IMG/VR virus record: IMGVR_UViG_3300029822_000005 | Length of the DNA: 64,000 bases | From: a virus | Strand: one strand, 5' to 3' | Shown: piece by piece, positions 18,794 to 30,300 of the stretch | How positions within the stretch are numbered: the stretch's first letter is position 1 | Layout of the letters: each line of letters opens with the position of its first letter | Translations under genes and position numbers: made by a program | The notes under the pieces: model-generated | What the model was told of the DNA's origin: nothing | Database searches by the model: none | What the model saw: only the letters and a program-made list of their open reading frames with translations

Positions 18794-21700
18794 ATGTCTT
18801 TACAGGATCTTGCTTATGAGATTAGTTATAACACAAATGAAAGCGGATTAATGAAATCTGTAGAATTGATAAACAGTTTAGACGCATCTTTGGATGGCAT
18901 GGTAAAAAAAGTTGATTCAATCGCAAATGCTTTCAGCAAATTTAATACACCTATTAATAACTTAGGCAAGTCTACAAGCGATCTTAACGTAGACAATTTA
19001 AGTAATTCTTTGAAAAACGCAACAAGCAATGCAACAGAATTAAATGCTTCTACAGAACGGCAGCAGAGACTTACGGAGATGGTAAATAAATATGCAGATG
19101 AATACAACTCTAAAATAGATGAAAGTTCTAAGTTGGCGGAGCAGTTAAACAATAGAACTGCCAATTTAAGTGCGCCAGTTGAAAAAATGGTGGCAGAACA
19201 ACAAAGGTTAAATCAAGAAATTTTTGAGGGTGTAGAGAATGAAAATAAGTTTGCTAGCGTCCTAAATAAAGTGCAAGAAGGCATGAGCAAAGGAGCTGCT
19301 AAAGCTAACGAATTTAGTAGTTCTTTAAGCGGGCTTAGGAGTATTTCATCCGGAATGAGCGGTGTATTAGGGGCTTTGGGCTTTATTGGAGTTGGATATA
19401 CAGCTGTGGCCGGAATTAAAGAAGCTACAACTGCCTTTATGGACTTCCAACAACAAATGGCTGGAGTACATGCTACATTAGGGGAAGTTACAAATAAGGA
19501 TTTAACGAAATTAGGTAATAAGGCTATTGAGGTTAGTAACAAGTATGCAATCTCATCAAAAGAGATTGCGGCTGGGGAAGAGAATTTGGCCTCTGCGGGC
19601 TTTGATGCAAAACAAGTAATGGATTCGTTGGAAGCATCCACGTTATTATCGGTGGCTGGAAATATAAAAATGCAAGAATCTACTTTGGATATTGCAGCAG
19701 CTATAAGAAATTTTAATATGGAAACTTCACAAGCCGCACATGTGGCGGATATTTACGCTAAAGCAGCGGCTGACACTTCAGCAGCAATGCCTGATATGGC
19801 ATTTGCAATGAAATATATTGCACCTGTAGCTAATCAAGCCGGATGGTCTATTGAAAGTACTGCAGCGGCAGTGGGAGTGCTTGCAAATGCTGGAATAAAA
19901 AGCACTTCTGCTGGTACAGGGTTAAGAAGGATGTTTACCAGACTAATAAACCCAACAGATAAAGCAGCAGAAAAAATGAAAGAATTAGGGTTTGAAGCTA
20001 TAGACCCTACTACACATAAGATAAAAGATATAGGAACATTAATTCAAGACTTGCAAGGGTCTATGAAAGGTTTGGATTCAGCTTCTAAAGGAGCAGCACT
20101 ATCTTTAATTTTTGGAGTTGAAGGATTAACTCCTATGTCTGCATTAATGAATAGCAGTAAAGATGAAATAGATAAATTAACCAAAAGTTTTCAAGATAGT
20201 GATGGGGCAGCTCAAAAAATGGCTGACACAATGAATGATACTGTGGCCGGCTCATTGGGGTTATTTAAAACGAACATTGAAAATGCATTTATAACCGATA
20301 TAGATAAATCGCCATTAGGAAAATCCTTAAGAACTTTTATAGATGATTTGAATAAAAACTTACCTGATATAACCAATAATATAGCATGGATTTTAAATAC
20401 AATGGTAGATGTAGGAAGTACCATTAAAAAAAATTGGGGAGGGATAGCCTCTATTATATTTGGTGTAGCGGGTGCATTTATAATATTAAAAGGTGCTATG
20501 GCTGTAGGCGATTTAGTTAAGACCGTCGGAGCATTAGGAAACCTTGGTTCTGTGTTAAAGTTTGCAGGAGGAGTAGGACTTCTGGCAGCGGGTTTTATGG
20601 AACTTAAACAAGGTAATACCGGATTAGGTTCTTTATTAATGGGTACAGGTGCAGGATTAATGGCAGTTAGTCTCGGTTTTGGAGCGTTGTCAGGTTTGGG
20701 TATTGGCGCCATTGTAACGGGCTTTATACAACTTAAACAAGGAAACACTGGATTAGGATCATTGCTTATGGGTACAGGGTTAGGCCTTTTAGCGTTAGCT
20801 GGTGGGTTAGCGTTAGTTCAATTATTTGCCTTACCGGTAACGTGGCCTATTTATCTTATTGCAGGAGCGGTGGCAGTTCTGGCCGCAGGGTTAATATATC
20901 TCCATGAAAAATTTGGAAGCCTATCAGCTGCATGGGCTGCAATTTGGGGAAGTATAAAGCAAACCGCCATTGATGGAGTAAATGTTGTAATAGAAAAGAT
21001 AAACGGATTAATAACCAAAATAAATGGGGTTATAACCACCATAGATAAAATTCCGGGAATAAATATCCCAACCATAAAAGCTTTAGAATATGTTGGGGAT
21101 AAAAAGAAGGAGACTAAAGGGAAAAACTTAGATAAGGCAACAGGTCTTCCAGCAGCGGCTAACGGGATGGTAAACAGCCCGGGCGGGGTAACATTAGTTG
21201 GAGAAAAAGGTCCTGAATTAGTAAACCTTCCTAAAGGTGCAGATGTAACGACAGCTTCAAAGACAAATAAAATGTTAAGTGGTAGCTTTGCACAAATGGG
21301 TACCGGAACATTAGGGGCAAGTGCAGAGTTAAATAGTTCTGCAGAGAAAGTTATTGCAGATAATCAAAAAATAATAACCGGTTATGTGGACCAACATAAA
21401 TTATATGGGCGTGACAGTGTAGAAAACTTTTCAGTGGCTTTATTGCAAAATGAATCCCTAAGCACAAACGCAACGTCTACACTTTCTACAGACAATAAGA
21501 ACATAATGAATAACCTATCCTTATCAGGATATACATATGGCTCTGGCGTGGTTAACAATTTAGCTCAAGGAGTACAGGCGAATGAAGGTAACTTAACAAC
21601 TGTGGTACAAACACTTACAGATAAGGTTATAGAAACATTTAAAAGTGGTTTTGGAATACATTCACCAAGTACAGTCATGTATTCAATGGGTAGCAATTTG

Positions 21701-22444
21701 TTACGGGGACTTGTAAATGGAATGACTTCAAAAGATATGGGAAGTTTTATTCAGAACTGGATTGGTAGTATGACAGGTGCGGCTGGAGGTGCCATGAGCG
21801 GAAGTGTAACTAGCTGGCTGGCAACAGCTATGGCTATAACAGGAACGCCTATGAGTTTCTTACCACTTCTCCAAAATATCGCAATGCATGAATCTGGTGG
21901 AAATCCTAATAGTATAAATCTATGGGATTCCAACGCCGCCGCAGGGCATCCATCTAAGGGACTTATGCAGATGATAGATGAAACTTTCAACCGTTGGGCG
22001 CTTCCAGGAATGAATGATATATGGAACCCTATCCATAATGCAGTATCCTCCATAAGGTATATGATAGGCAGATATGGAAGTATAGCAAATGTACCCGGAA
22101 TTCGTTCACAATTAGCTGGTGGAGCATACGTGGGCTATGAGGAGGGAACAAGAAACGCTACCCCCGGTGTACATCTTGTGGGAGAAAAAGGGCCAGAACT
22201 TGTTTGGATGAAAGGCGGCGAAACGGTAACACCTAATGATAAAATAAGCATTGCTTCTCAAACTCCATATGCAACTAGCAATAATGTTTCAACACAATTA
22301 AGCCCTAGCGTTATAATACATATTCATGAATCCAAAGATCCAAGAGCTACCGCGGATGAAGTCTTAAGGGTTTTAAAGAAACATTTTGGGCCATTATTTG
22401 ACGATAAAATGGCAGATCTAAAAATTCAAATGGGGCTTAGTTAG
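18794..22444 (+). CDS. Tape measure protein with C-terminal lytic transglycosylase (SLT) domain
   Basis: TP901-type core (EENLASAGF, ADIYAKAAA, AGTGLRRMF), LVGEKGPELV motifs, HESGGNP...SKGLMQ...NPIHN SLT motif. Confidence 0.93.
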   Translation: MSLQDLAYEISYNTNESGLMKSVELINSLDASLDGMVKKVDSIANAFSKFNTPINNLGKSTSDLNVDNLSNSLKNATSNATELNASTERQQRLTEMVNKYADEYNSKIDESSKLAEQLNNRTANLSAPVEKMVAEQQRLNQEIFEGVENENKFASVLNKVQEGMSKGAAKANEFSSSLSGLRSISSGMSGVLGALGFIGVGYTAVAGIKEATTAFMDFQQQMAGVHATLGEVTNKDLTKLGNKAIEVSNKYAISSKEIAAGEENLASAGFDAKQVMDSLEASTLLSVAGNIKMQESTLDIAAAIRNFNMETSQAAHVADIYAKAAADTSAAMPDMAFAMKYIAPVANQAGWSIESTAAAVGVLANAGIKSTSAGTGLRRMFTRLINPTDKAAEKMKELGFEAIDPTTHKIKDIGTLIQDLQGSMKGLDSASKGAALSLIFGVEGLTPMSALMNSSKDEIDKLTKSFQDSDGAAQKMADTMNDTVAGSLGLFKTNIENAFITDIDKSPLGKSLRTFIDDLNKNLPDITNNIAWILNTMVDVGSTIKKNWGGIASIIFGVAGAFIILKGAMAVGDLVKTVGALGNLGSVLKFAGGVGLLAAGFMELKQGNTGLGSLLMGTGAGLMAVSLGFGALSGLGIGAIVTGFIQLKQGNTGLGSLLMGTGLGLLALAGGLALVQLFALPVTWPIYLIAGAVAVLAAGLIYLHEKFGSLSAAWAAIWGSIKQTAIDGVNVVIEKINGLITKINGVITTIDKIPGINIPTIKALEYVGDKKKETKGKNLDKATGLPAAANGMVNSPGGVTLVGEKGPELVNLPKGADVTTASKTNKMLSGSFAQMGTGTLGASAELNSSAEKVIADNQKIITGYVDQHKLYGRDSVENFSVALLQNESLSTNATSTLSTDNKNIMNNLSLSGYTYGSGVVNNLAQGVQANEGNLTTVVQTLTDKVIETFKSGFGIHSPSTVMYSMGSNLLRGLVNGMTSKDMGSFIQNWIGSMTGAAGGAMSGSVTSWLATAMAITGTPMSFLPLLQNIAMHESGGNPNSINLWDSNAAAGHPSKGLMQMIDETFNRWALPGMNDIWNPIHNAVSSIRYMIGRYGSIANVPGIRSQLAGGAYVGYEEGTRNATPGVHLVGEKGPELVWMKGGETVTPNDKISIASQTPYATSNNVSTQLSPSVIIHIHESKDPRATADEVLRVLKKHFGPLFDDKMADLKIQMGLS

Positions 22445-22454
22445 GAGGTGCGTT

Positions 22455-23093
22455 ATGGCTGATTTTACTACAGATCTTTTAAAAAACTTAAGCATTATAA
22501 CTAAAGAAGTAGCTGAAAAAGCAAAATCACTTGTAAGCCAGAAAGCTAGGTTTAAAGATGTAGTCTTTACGGTTGTGGAAGAAGAAACCTATACATATTC
22601 TAATGACGTAACAGACAAACCCCTTGAAGATGGTTCTGTTATAACGGATCACTTTCAGAATAAGCCGATTACAATACATTTATCTGGAATTATAACAGGT
22701 AAAGGGAATTATCCCCAACAGCAATTAGATTTATTAAGAAGATATTGTATCCAAGGTGTGGTAGATCAATATTATGGTATCCAAACATTATGGAATTTTA
22801 TAATTACAAATTTTGAAAATAAACATACAGCAGATGTTGCCGACGGGTGCGCTTTTGAAATGGATTTACAACAGGTTTTGACAGCCAAAAGAGAAGTTGT
22901 CAATATTCTAACTTCCGATATAAGTATACCTGATATAGAAGCTATAAAAACTCAACTAAGTTCTAATGATACAAGTAATGCAGAAGTTGTAAGAACTCGT
23001 GTAATTGCACCAACTAGGACTAACAAACAAGCCAAAGAGGTTTTAGATGCAAGTAATCAAGCTATTTCGAATCAAATTAAAGCTATGTATTAA
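22455..23093 (+). CDS. Baseplate / tail tube initiator protein
   Basis: VTDKPLEDGSVITDH motif; follows TMP. Confidence 0.7.
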   Translation: MADFTTDLLKNLSIITKEVAEKAKSLVSQKARFKDVVFTVVEEETYTYSNDVTDKPLEDGSVITDHFQNKPITIHLSGIITGKGNYPQQQLDLLRRYCIQGVVDQYYGIQTLWNFIITNFENKHTADVADGCAFEMDLQQVLTAKREVVNILTSDISIPDIEAIKTQLSSNDTSNAEVVRTRVIAPTRTNKQAKEVLDASNQAISNQIKAMY

Positions 23094-23106
23094 GGAGCTG
23101 AATTAT

Positions 23107-23448
23107 ATGGGAATAATTAATATAAATAAATATTTAATACCTTATAGCTTTACGATTAAACTTAGCGGTTCTACATATACAGTCTCCATTAAATACAATG
23201 TTCTATTTGATTTTTTTACAGCTTCTTTGAGTTTAGGAGATAAGACCTTGGTTGAAAACGAAAAACTTGTTTTAGGACAATTCCTTTTTAGAGAGCAAGG
23301 CGAGGACATGGAACATAATATAAATTCTGATTTTCCACAAGAATTATTATATGTGGGAAGCGAAGACATTTCAATAGAGCGTGTAACATGGGACAATTTT
23401 GGGGATACAGTGTTTCTGTATTACGTTGAACGAAGTGAGGTGGCATAA
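23107..23448 (+). CDS. Baseplate protein
   Basis: IPYSFTIKL...YNVLFDFFT motif typical of this myovirus module. Confidence 0.6.
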   Translation: MGIININKYLIPYSFTIKLSGSTYTVSIKYNVLFDFFTASLSLGDKTLVENEKLVLGQFLFREQGEDMEHNINSDFPQELLYVGSEDISIERVTWDNFGDTVFLYYVERSEVA

Positions 23449-24239
23449 TGTCTATCTCATTTGGAAGAAAAGCAGAAATTATAGTCGCAGGAAGAAATTT
23501 CATATTTCCACAGTTATATCTTGAATTTAATGTAAAATTTGATGCCGACAGCGTTCCAGATGAATTTACAGTTGATCTTTATAATTTGGCAGACGATACT
23601 ATGGAAGTCATACAACGAAGCCAAGGTATCACGATAAACGCTGGATATGGTGAAGATATGGGAACTTTAACGCAAGGTATTGTAACAACTGTAAGTTCTG
23701 AAAAATCTGGAATGGATAGAATTTTCCATATAAAGGGATTGAATATAACAAGTCAATATTTAAAAGTAAAATTAAACAAGAGCTATGCAGAAAATACAAC
23801 AGCTACTTTTATTATGAAAGACCTTGCCAATTCGCTAGGAATTAAATTCGACATACTTTCTGTAAAGCAAGATGTAATTTATCCTCGTGGATACTATGCG
23901 AGTGGAACTTTTCAGGATATAATTTCTGATCTTGTGGATGATTGTAATAGTTTATTTATAGTAAGTGGAGCAAGTCTTGTAGTTATACCTGGATGGTCTG
24001 GATATACGTATGGATATTTAATAGATGCTGAACATGGACTTATAAGTGTAGAGGATATAGATAGAAATGATACACCTGCTAAGTATAAAGTTAAATGTCT
24101 TTTAACTCATGGTATACAAGCCTATACATTTTTAGATTTAAGATCGGAGAAAGTGAGTGGGCGTATGTTAGTAGCCGAGGGGCAACACTCTCTTAGTGGG
24201 AGTGATTTTATAACAGAATGTGAGGTAATTCCTATATGA
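23448..24239 (+). CDS. Baseplate hub protein
   Basis: LYNLA, INAGYG, GLISV motifs. Confidence 0.7.
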   Translation: MSISFGRKAEIIVAGRNFIFPQLYLEFNVKFDADSVPDEFTVDLYNLADDTMEVIQRSQGITINAGYGEDMGTLTQGIVTTVSSEKSGMDRIFHIKGLNITSQYLKVKLNKSYAENTTATFIMKDLANSLGIKFDILSVKQDVIYPRGYYASGTFQDIISDLVDDCNSLFIVSGASLVVIPGWSGYTYGYLIDAEHGLISVEDIDRNDTPAKYKVKCLLTHGIQAYTFLDLRSEKVSGRMLVAEGQHSLSGSDFITECEVIPI

Positions 24240-24793
24240 ACAGGAGTATTGATTTTTTTAAAACTATAGGAAAACAGATGATGAAAGATTTAAATGTAAT
24301 GATGATAGCACAAATACAATCCTATAATCCTTCTAATAACACGGCCACAGTAGTTCCTTTACATACAGAACCAAATACCAATGAAGTGTATAATCCAATC
24401 CCCAACATACCAATAGGGTTTTTCTCCATAGGCGGATATTCAATAAAAGTGCAGCCTAAAAACGGGGATATAATCTTATTGATATTTTGTGATTATGACA
24501 TGGATAATATTTCTATAGATGGTCAAACAAAAGATGCTAAAACAACAAGAACACATAGTTTGCAGGATGCCATAGTATTACCACTATCAATTAATTTTTT
24601 AAATAATACTTTTAGTGCTACACAAGATTTAATTATTCAGAAAGATGGTACAAGTGCATATGCAAAGTTAACTCAAGACGGAAATTGGGTCTTGAATGGC
24701 AATAGTATAAAACTTGGTGAAAACGCAAATAAGAGAGTGCTTGTAGAAGATTCAGAGGGTTATACAAGTTCAAGTAAAGTTTATGCAGAATAA
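24236..24793 (+). CDS. Baseplate spike (Gp138 N-terminal-like)
   Basis: AQIQSYNP, GDIILLIFCDYD, RTHSLQDAI motifs. Confidence 0.75.
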   Translation: MNRSIDFFKTIGKQMMKDLNVMMIAQIQSYNPSNNTATVVPLHTEPNTNEVYNPIPNIPIGFFSIGGYSIKVQPKNGDIILLIFCDYDMDNISIDGQTKDAKTTRTHSLQDAIVLPLSINFLNNTFSATQDLIIQKDGTSAYAKLTQDGNWVLNGNSIKLGENANKRVLVEDSEGYTSSSKVYAE

Positions 24794-24805
24794 GGAGGTG
24801 AATGT

Positions 24806-25174
24806 ATGCTTTCTGTGATGATTCAAAACGGAGACATTGTTATAAAAGATAAATTGTTACAGACTGTAAATGAGGAAGTTCAAAAAAAACAAAGGACTGC
24901 AGGACTGCTGCAAATTGTAAAAGGTGAGCTTTTCTATAATGCTAATATGGGATTAGATTATTCTGAAATATTGGAAATAAATGAAAAGGGAATAGATGAT
25001 GGCAGAAAAAAGATTGCCGTTGCAAAAGCTCTTGAGTATGATGACAACATAGAAAAAATAATAGCTGTGAATATAACTCAAGAAGGTGAAAACAGCGGCA
25101 ATCAAGCAATTGATGTAGAATTAAGTTATACAGACGGTTCAATAGCTACGGTAGGAGGTGTTATCATTGGATAA
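24806..25174 (+). CDS. Baseplate wedge / sheath initiator (DUF2634-like)
   Basis: GELFYNANMGLDY motif. Confidence 0.65.
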   Translation: MLSVMIQNGDIVIKDKLLQTVNEEVQKKQRTAGLLQIVKGELFYNANMGLDYSEILEINEKGIDDGRKKIAVAKALEYDDNIEKIIAVNITQEGENSGNQAIDVELSYTDGSIATVGGVIIG

Positions 25175-26339
25175 GTTGGCTAGTGGGTATGGAATAACAA
25201 CAACGGGATATAACAAAAGAGATTTTAATTCCATAGTGGGTTATATGTCAACAAGTTTAAAAAGTTCTGATAAATTTGGGGCAAATGTGGACTTCACAGA
25301 CAAAGATCCTTTATATCATCTCTCTGTACCTATTATGGAACTTTTGGCCGAAATATGGGAAGTGGCAGAACAGACATTTTATATACCTAATCCTAAATAC
25401 GCAGAAGGTACCCCTTTAGGATATGCAGGTAAATATATAGGTATAAGTAGAAAACAAGCCACGAAAGCATCTGGCGTAGTCAGATTTACAGGTACATCAG
25501 GAACAATAATAAGTACTGATTTTCAAGTAAAAACGGATATGGATATATTGTTTATTACAACAGAGAATAAAATAATACCCTCGATTGGATATGTAGATAT
25601 AAATATAGTTGCTGTAAATGCTGGAGCTAATGGAAATGTAAGTTCAAATACAATAACTAAAATAGTTTCTCCTTTAATTGGTCTTAATTCAGTAACAAAC
25701 CTAAATGAAACTACAGGAGGACAAGATGAAGAAAGTGATACTAATTTTAGAACCAGGTATGCAAACAGTACATCTAGTGGAAGCGGTTCAACAACGGATG
25801 CGATAAGGGCTAATGTCTTAAAAGTAACAGCGGTTACAGATTGCATTGTAAAACAAAACAAAACAGATTCTACGGTAGATGGTATTCCTCCACATTCAAT
25901 ATATGTTCTTGTGAATGGTGGAGACAACACAGCCATAGCACAAGCTATATTAGAAAAATCTCCAGGAGGAATTGATACATACGGATCTATTACGGTAGAT
26001 GTAGTGGATTCTCAAGGAATAACACAACATATTAGTTTCTCAAGACCATCACAGGTTGATATATGGATTAGAGTAGATGTTACAACAAATAGTAGTTTTC
26101 CGGCAGACGGAGATACACAAATTCAAAATGAAGTCTTGTCTTATATCGGAGGTATTGGGGTTGGAGAAAGTGTAAAAATCTATAAAATAAATGCAGCCAT
26201 AACAAGCCTGAATTTAAATGGTATAGATGATATGACTATTACTCTAAGTACAGATGGCGTAACATATGAACCGAATAATATAGTGATGGATTCAGATAAA
26301 ATTGCAATAACAGAGTTAGCCAAGATTGAGGTGGTTTAA
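25167..26339 (+). CDS. Baseplate J / gp47 family protein
   Basis: GQDEESDTNFRTR, GIPPHSIYVLVNGG, PGGIDTYG motifs; TTG start after AGGAGG. Confidence 0.9.
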   Translation: MDKLASGYGITTTGYNKRDFNSIVGYMSTSLKSSDKFGANVDFTDKDPLYHLSVPIMELLAEIWEVAEQTFYIPNPKYAEGTPLGYAGKYIGISRKQATKASGVVRFTGTSGTIISTDFQVKTDMDILFITTENKIIPSIGYVDINIVAVNAGANGNVSSNTITKIVSPLIGLNSVTNLNETTGGQDEESDTNFRTRYANSTSSGSGSTTDAIRANVLKVTAVTDCIVKQNKTDSTVDGIPPHSIYVLVNGGDNTAIAQAILEKSPGGIDTYGSITVDVVDSQGITQHISFSRPSQVDIWIRVDVTTNSSFPADGDTQIQNEVLSYIGGIGVGESVKIYKINAAITSLNLNGIDDMTITLSTDGVTYEPNNIVMDSDKIAITELAKIEVV

Positions 26340-26340
26340 T

Positions 26341-26865
26341 ATGTCTCAAACTACAGATAGAATGATTTCTTTGCTTCCATATTATTTAAGAAATGGAAGT
26401 AATATTAAAAAATACTTTTCAGCACTTGCGGAACTATTTGATGAATTAATAGAGGCTTTCATACAGATACAACAAAGCCGAGATATAGATCAAAGCGAAT
26501 GGTATGGATTAGATGTTATCGGGAGTATAGTAGGAGAAAGCCGGAACGGATTAAGTGATTCCGATTATAGAAAAATCCTAAAAACAAAAATAATTTCAAA
26601 TAGATCAGATGGTAGCATAGAGGTATTAAATGATTTTGGAAGATTAATTTTAGGGCAGTTTTATAATGGTGTAATTAAAAGTTCTAATCCAGCAGAATTA
26701 ATTTTAAGATATACATATCCTTTAATTGAAAATCCAGAAGAATATCTATCAAAAGCTACAGCGGCAGGAATAAATATAATAACAGAATTAGATATACAAG
26801 TTCCAGTTTGCGGAACATTTTCATTAGGCACTATACCGTTTGCCAAAACTTTAGTTTCATCATAA
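26341..26865 (+). CDS. Baseplate wedge protein (DUF2612-like)
   Basis: LDVIGSIVG..R...DSDYRKILK motif. Confidence 0.7.
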   Translation: MSQTTDRMISLLPYYLRNGSNIKKYFSALAELFDELIEAFIQIQQSRDIDQSEWYGLDVIGSIVGESRNGLSDSDYRKILKTKIISNRSDGSIEVLNDFGRLILGQFYNGVIKSSNPAELILRYTYPLIENPEEYLSKATAAGINIITELDIQVPVCGTFSLGTIPFAKTLVSS

Positions 26866-26875
26866 GGAGGGTAAA

Positions 26876-27178
26876 ATGAAAACCTTAAGGTATGCAGATA
26901 GACAAATTCAAGCAGACAAATTCGTAAAAACGCAAGATTCTATAATCGGATATATAAATGATATTGAAAGTATAAGAATACATCCTTTAAGTTCTTCCTT
27001 TACTTATACCGTATACAACGAAAATGGAACCATAGGAGTTTTTGATGATGATGTAGGAATAAATAGTTCTGCCACGGATTTATTAAAGCTCATTTATGTA
27101 ATGATGAAAGAAATTAACACATTGCAAACAGATGTAACGAACTTGCAACAGGAAGTGGCAAATTTAACACAAAGCTAG
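26876..27178 (+). CDS. Tail-associated hypothetical protein
   Basis: AGGAGG SD; position. Confidence 0.55.
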   Translation: MKTLRYADRQIQADKFVKTQDSIIGYINDIESIRIHPLSSSFTYTVYNENGTIGVFDDDVGINSSATDLLKLIYVMMKEINTLQTDVTNLQQEVANLTQS

Positions 27179-27371
27179 GAGGAATTTAGTATGAGTATAA
27201 AAGATATGTTTGATGAATATATAAATGAGGGAAAATTAAGTAAGGCAACACTTTTAGATATGTTGGAACAAATAAAAGCTAGGAATACAACAGATGTTGT
27301 TATAATCACAGATGATGAATATAATTCAATTAAGGCAAGAATAGAACAATTATCAAGTTAGGAGGGATAAT

Positions 27372-30300
27372 GTGGCTAAAAAAATTGTGTTTAGTGATCG
27401 AGTTGCCCAATATCCTAGCAGATATTCGGTAGGTGATCTTGGGGGTGGATTGTACTCAATTGAAGCTAGTCCTGGAACTATCTCAACAGAAGGTACAGCA
27501 ATTTCAGCAAGCAATTTAAATGCAATGGCAGACGAGGTCATATTTAAATTAAAAGATACAAGTTCTAGTACAACCACATATACTACAAGTCTAACAGGAT
27601 TAAGTACATACTATGAAGGATTAACAATATTATTTAAGCCCACAAATACCAATACAGGGGCAAGCACAATTAATATAAGCGGTATTGGAGCTGTATCTAT
27701 AAAAAAGACTAACAACAGTGGTACTATAGTTGATCTGGCAATCAACGATTTAATAAAAAATAAATACTACACAATGACATACGACGGAACAGAATTTCTT
27801 ATGAATAATCCTAGTGCAGACTTAGCACAAGTAATAACAGATATACAAAATGTAGAGGATAGATTGGATACAGACGAAACAAATATTGCTAATTTAAAGA
27901 AAGAAACAATTAAACTTGCAGTTTTAACAGGAAGTAACAACGCATATGGAGCAACAATATCAACGGTAACAAGTTATACAACTGGATTAAATATAGATAT
28001 TATACCTAATGTAGCAAATACAGGGGCGTGTACATTAAATGTAAATGGACTGGGTGCTAAAAATTTAACTTATAACGGAGTTGCTTTAACAAATGGTTTT
28101 CTACAAGCTAATAAAATATACAGAACTATCTATAATGGGATGAGTTTTGAAATACAACCGTCATCTTCCTTTACCCCCACAAACAATGGGCTTGTACAAA
28201 CAAATTTAATAGCAGAACAAGCCTCAAAGTTACAGACACCTAGAACAATATCTTTAACAGGAGATGCCACAGGAAGTACTCCTTTTGATGGTTCTGCTAA
28301 TAAGAGTATAACTGTAGTATTAGCTAACAGTGGAGCAACAGCAGGAACTTACACGAAACTTACGATAGATGCGAAAGGCAGGGTTATTTCTGCAACTAAT
28401 TTAAGTGCTGCGGACATACCTAATCTTGATTGGAGTAAGATAGCATCTGGGAAACCAACTACATTAGCAGGGTACGGAGTAACAGATGCAGTAAGTAAAT
28501 ATATTATATTACCTTCTGGAACAGACCTAAATACAGTCGTTACATCTGGTTTTTATGGACTTGATGCTACGTCACCTAATTATACTAATTTACCCCCAAA
28601 TTCAAATGTTAGTTATGGACAATTAATTGTATCTCGTGGTTCAGATACTGTATTTCAAATTATCACAGGGTATAACAACAATGAATATTATATGAGACAA
28701 GGGGCTAAAGGAGGAGGCACCGATACAAATTTTACAACTTGGCAACCTTGGAGAAGGATTTGGCATGACGGTAATTTTGATCCTGATACTAAAACAAAAA
28801 GATTTATTTTGACAGGACAGCTTCAGAATAATAGTTATGTAAAATCCGTAATAGCATTATGTGAATTGACAAACACGAACCCAAATTTTAATTCTTATAG
28901 TTCTGGGATAATCAGTTTTCATAGATTTGATGGAACAACAGGGGGAGAAATAAATTCTTTATATGTAGGCGCTGAAAAGAAATATAACACATCAATTATG
29001 AATTATTTTGGTTTAGGATTAGGAAAAAATATAGAAAATTTACGTCCATGCACTTTCACATATAATGGGAAAAAATACGGGGGTGTTGAATTTTATTTCG
29101 CAGCACAACAATCAGAAACTATAGAATTTAACGGTTCTTCTAATTTTGGTATATTCGGTTTAGATTATTATAATACGAATACATCTACAGTGTTAAATCA
29201 AGAGATATATGATTCTTTAGAATTTGATACTACAGTAAATAAATTGCCTAATCTAGTGTATAACAATGAAAAAGTCATCACGCACGAAGAACAAGGTGGA
29301 ATAAATTTATTATCTAATGGAAGTTTTGATAATGGATTAAATTCATGGACTAAAAATAATACTGCAACATTATCTATAATTTCAGATGAAAAATTCAGTA
29401 AGTGTTGTAAAATAGTTACTTCCGTTCAAGGCGGCGGTATTTATAATAGCTCTCCTAGTGCTATTAAAAATGACGCAGGAACTTATGTCTATTCTGCGTG
29501 GTTAAAAGCAGATGCCCCTTTGACGATAGCTTTTGGCTTGGATAATAATCGACAAACTATAACTCTTACTACAGAATGGACGAGATATTATTTTATTCAA
29601 AATAAAAATCCTGGAGCAAATAATATATTATCAATTTTTAGTTGGGACACCAGTGGAAGTACAGTAACTTTTTATGTAGCAAATGCCCAAGTGGAAACTG
29701 GTACAATGATAACAGATTGGAAACCTTCTGTTGAAGATAATAAGACTTATTCAGATAATAAAATTTTAAGTTTAGGTACAACTACCAATTCGGGTAATGC
29801 TTATACCTTAACAGCTCCAACAGGGTTCACTTTACAAGATGGGCAATTAATTGTAATGAAATTTAATGCTGCAAGTTCAGGAGCTATTACTATAAATGTG
29901 GGTGGTACTGGTGCCAAATCTGTTAAAGACTATTTTGGAAACTCTATTACGAATGTAAGGGCAAATTTACCAGCTAATTTAGTATACGAAAGCACCTCGG
30001 ATTCTTTTATATTGTTGGGTAAAGGAGGTGGTGGAGATGCAACGGAACCTCAATTATTAATTGGTAAAAAAGCTACTGTAGATACCGGACCTATAGTTGG
30101 AACAATGCCTAATAATGGTTCTGTTGGAGGAACTATTACAACAGAAGGAGAAAGTATTACAATCCCCTTAGGATATACTACTGGCGGTACTGTTACAGCA
30201 AACTACAAAGAAAAACAAGATATATTTAATTATTTAGTCAATATACCTTCAGGAACAGATTACAATCAATTAACTCCATTGGGATTTACCAAAGGAGAAG

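Noticed and set aside
20600-20780. Duplicated LKQGNTGLGSLLMGTG segment
   Set aside because: Ordinary internal repeat of a tape measure protein.
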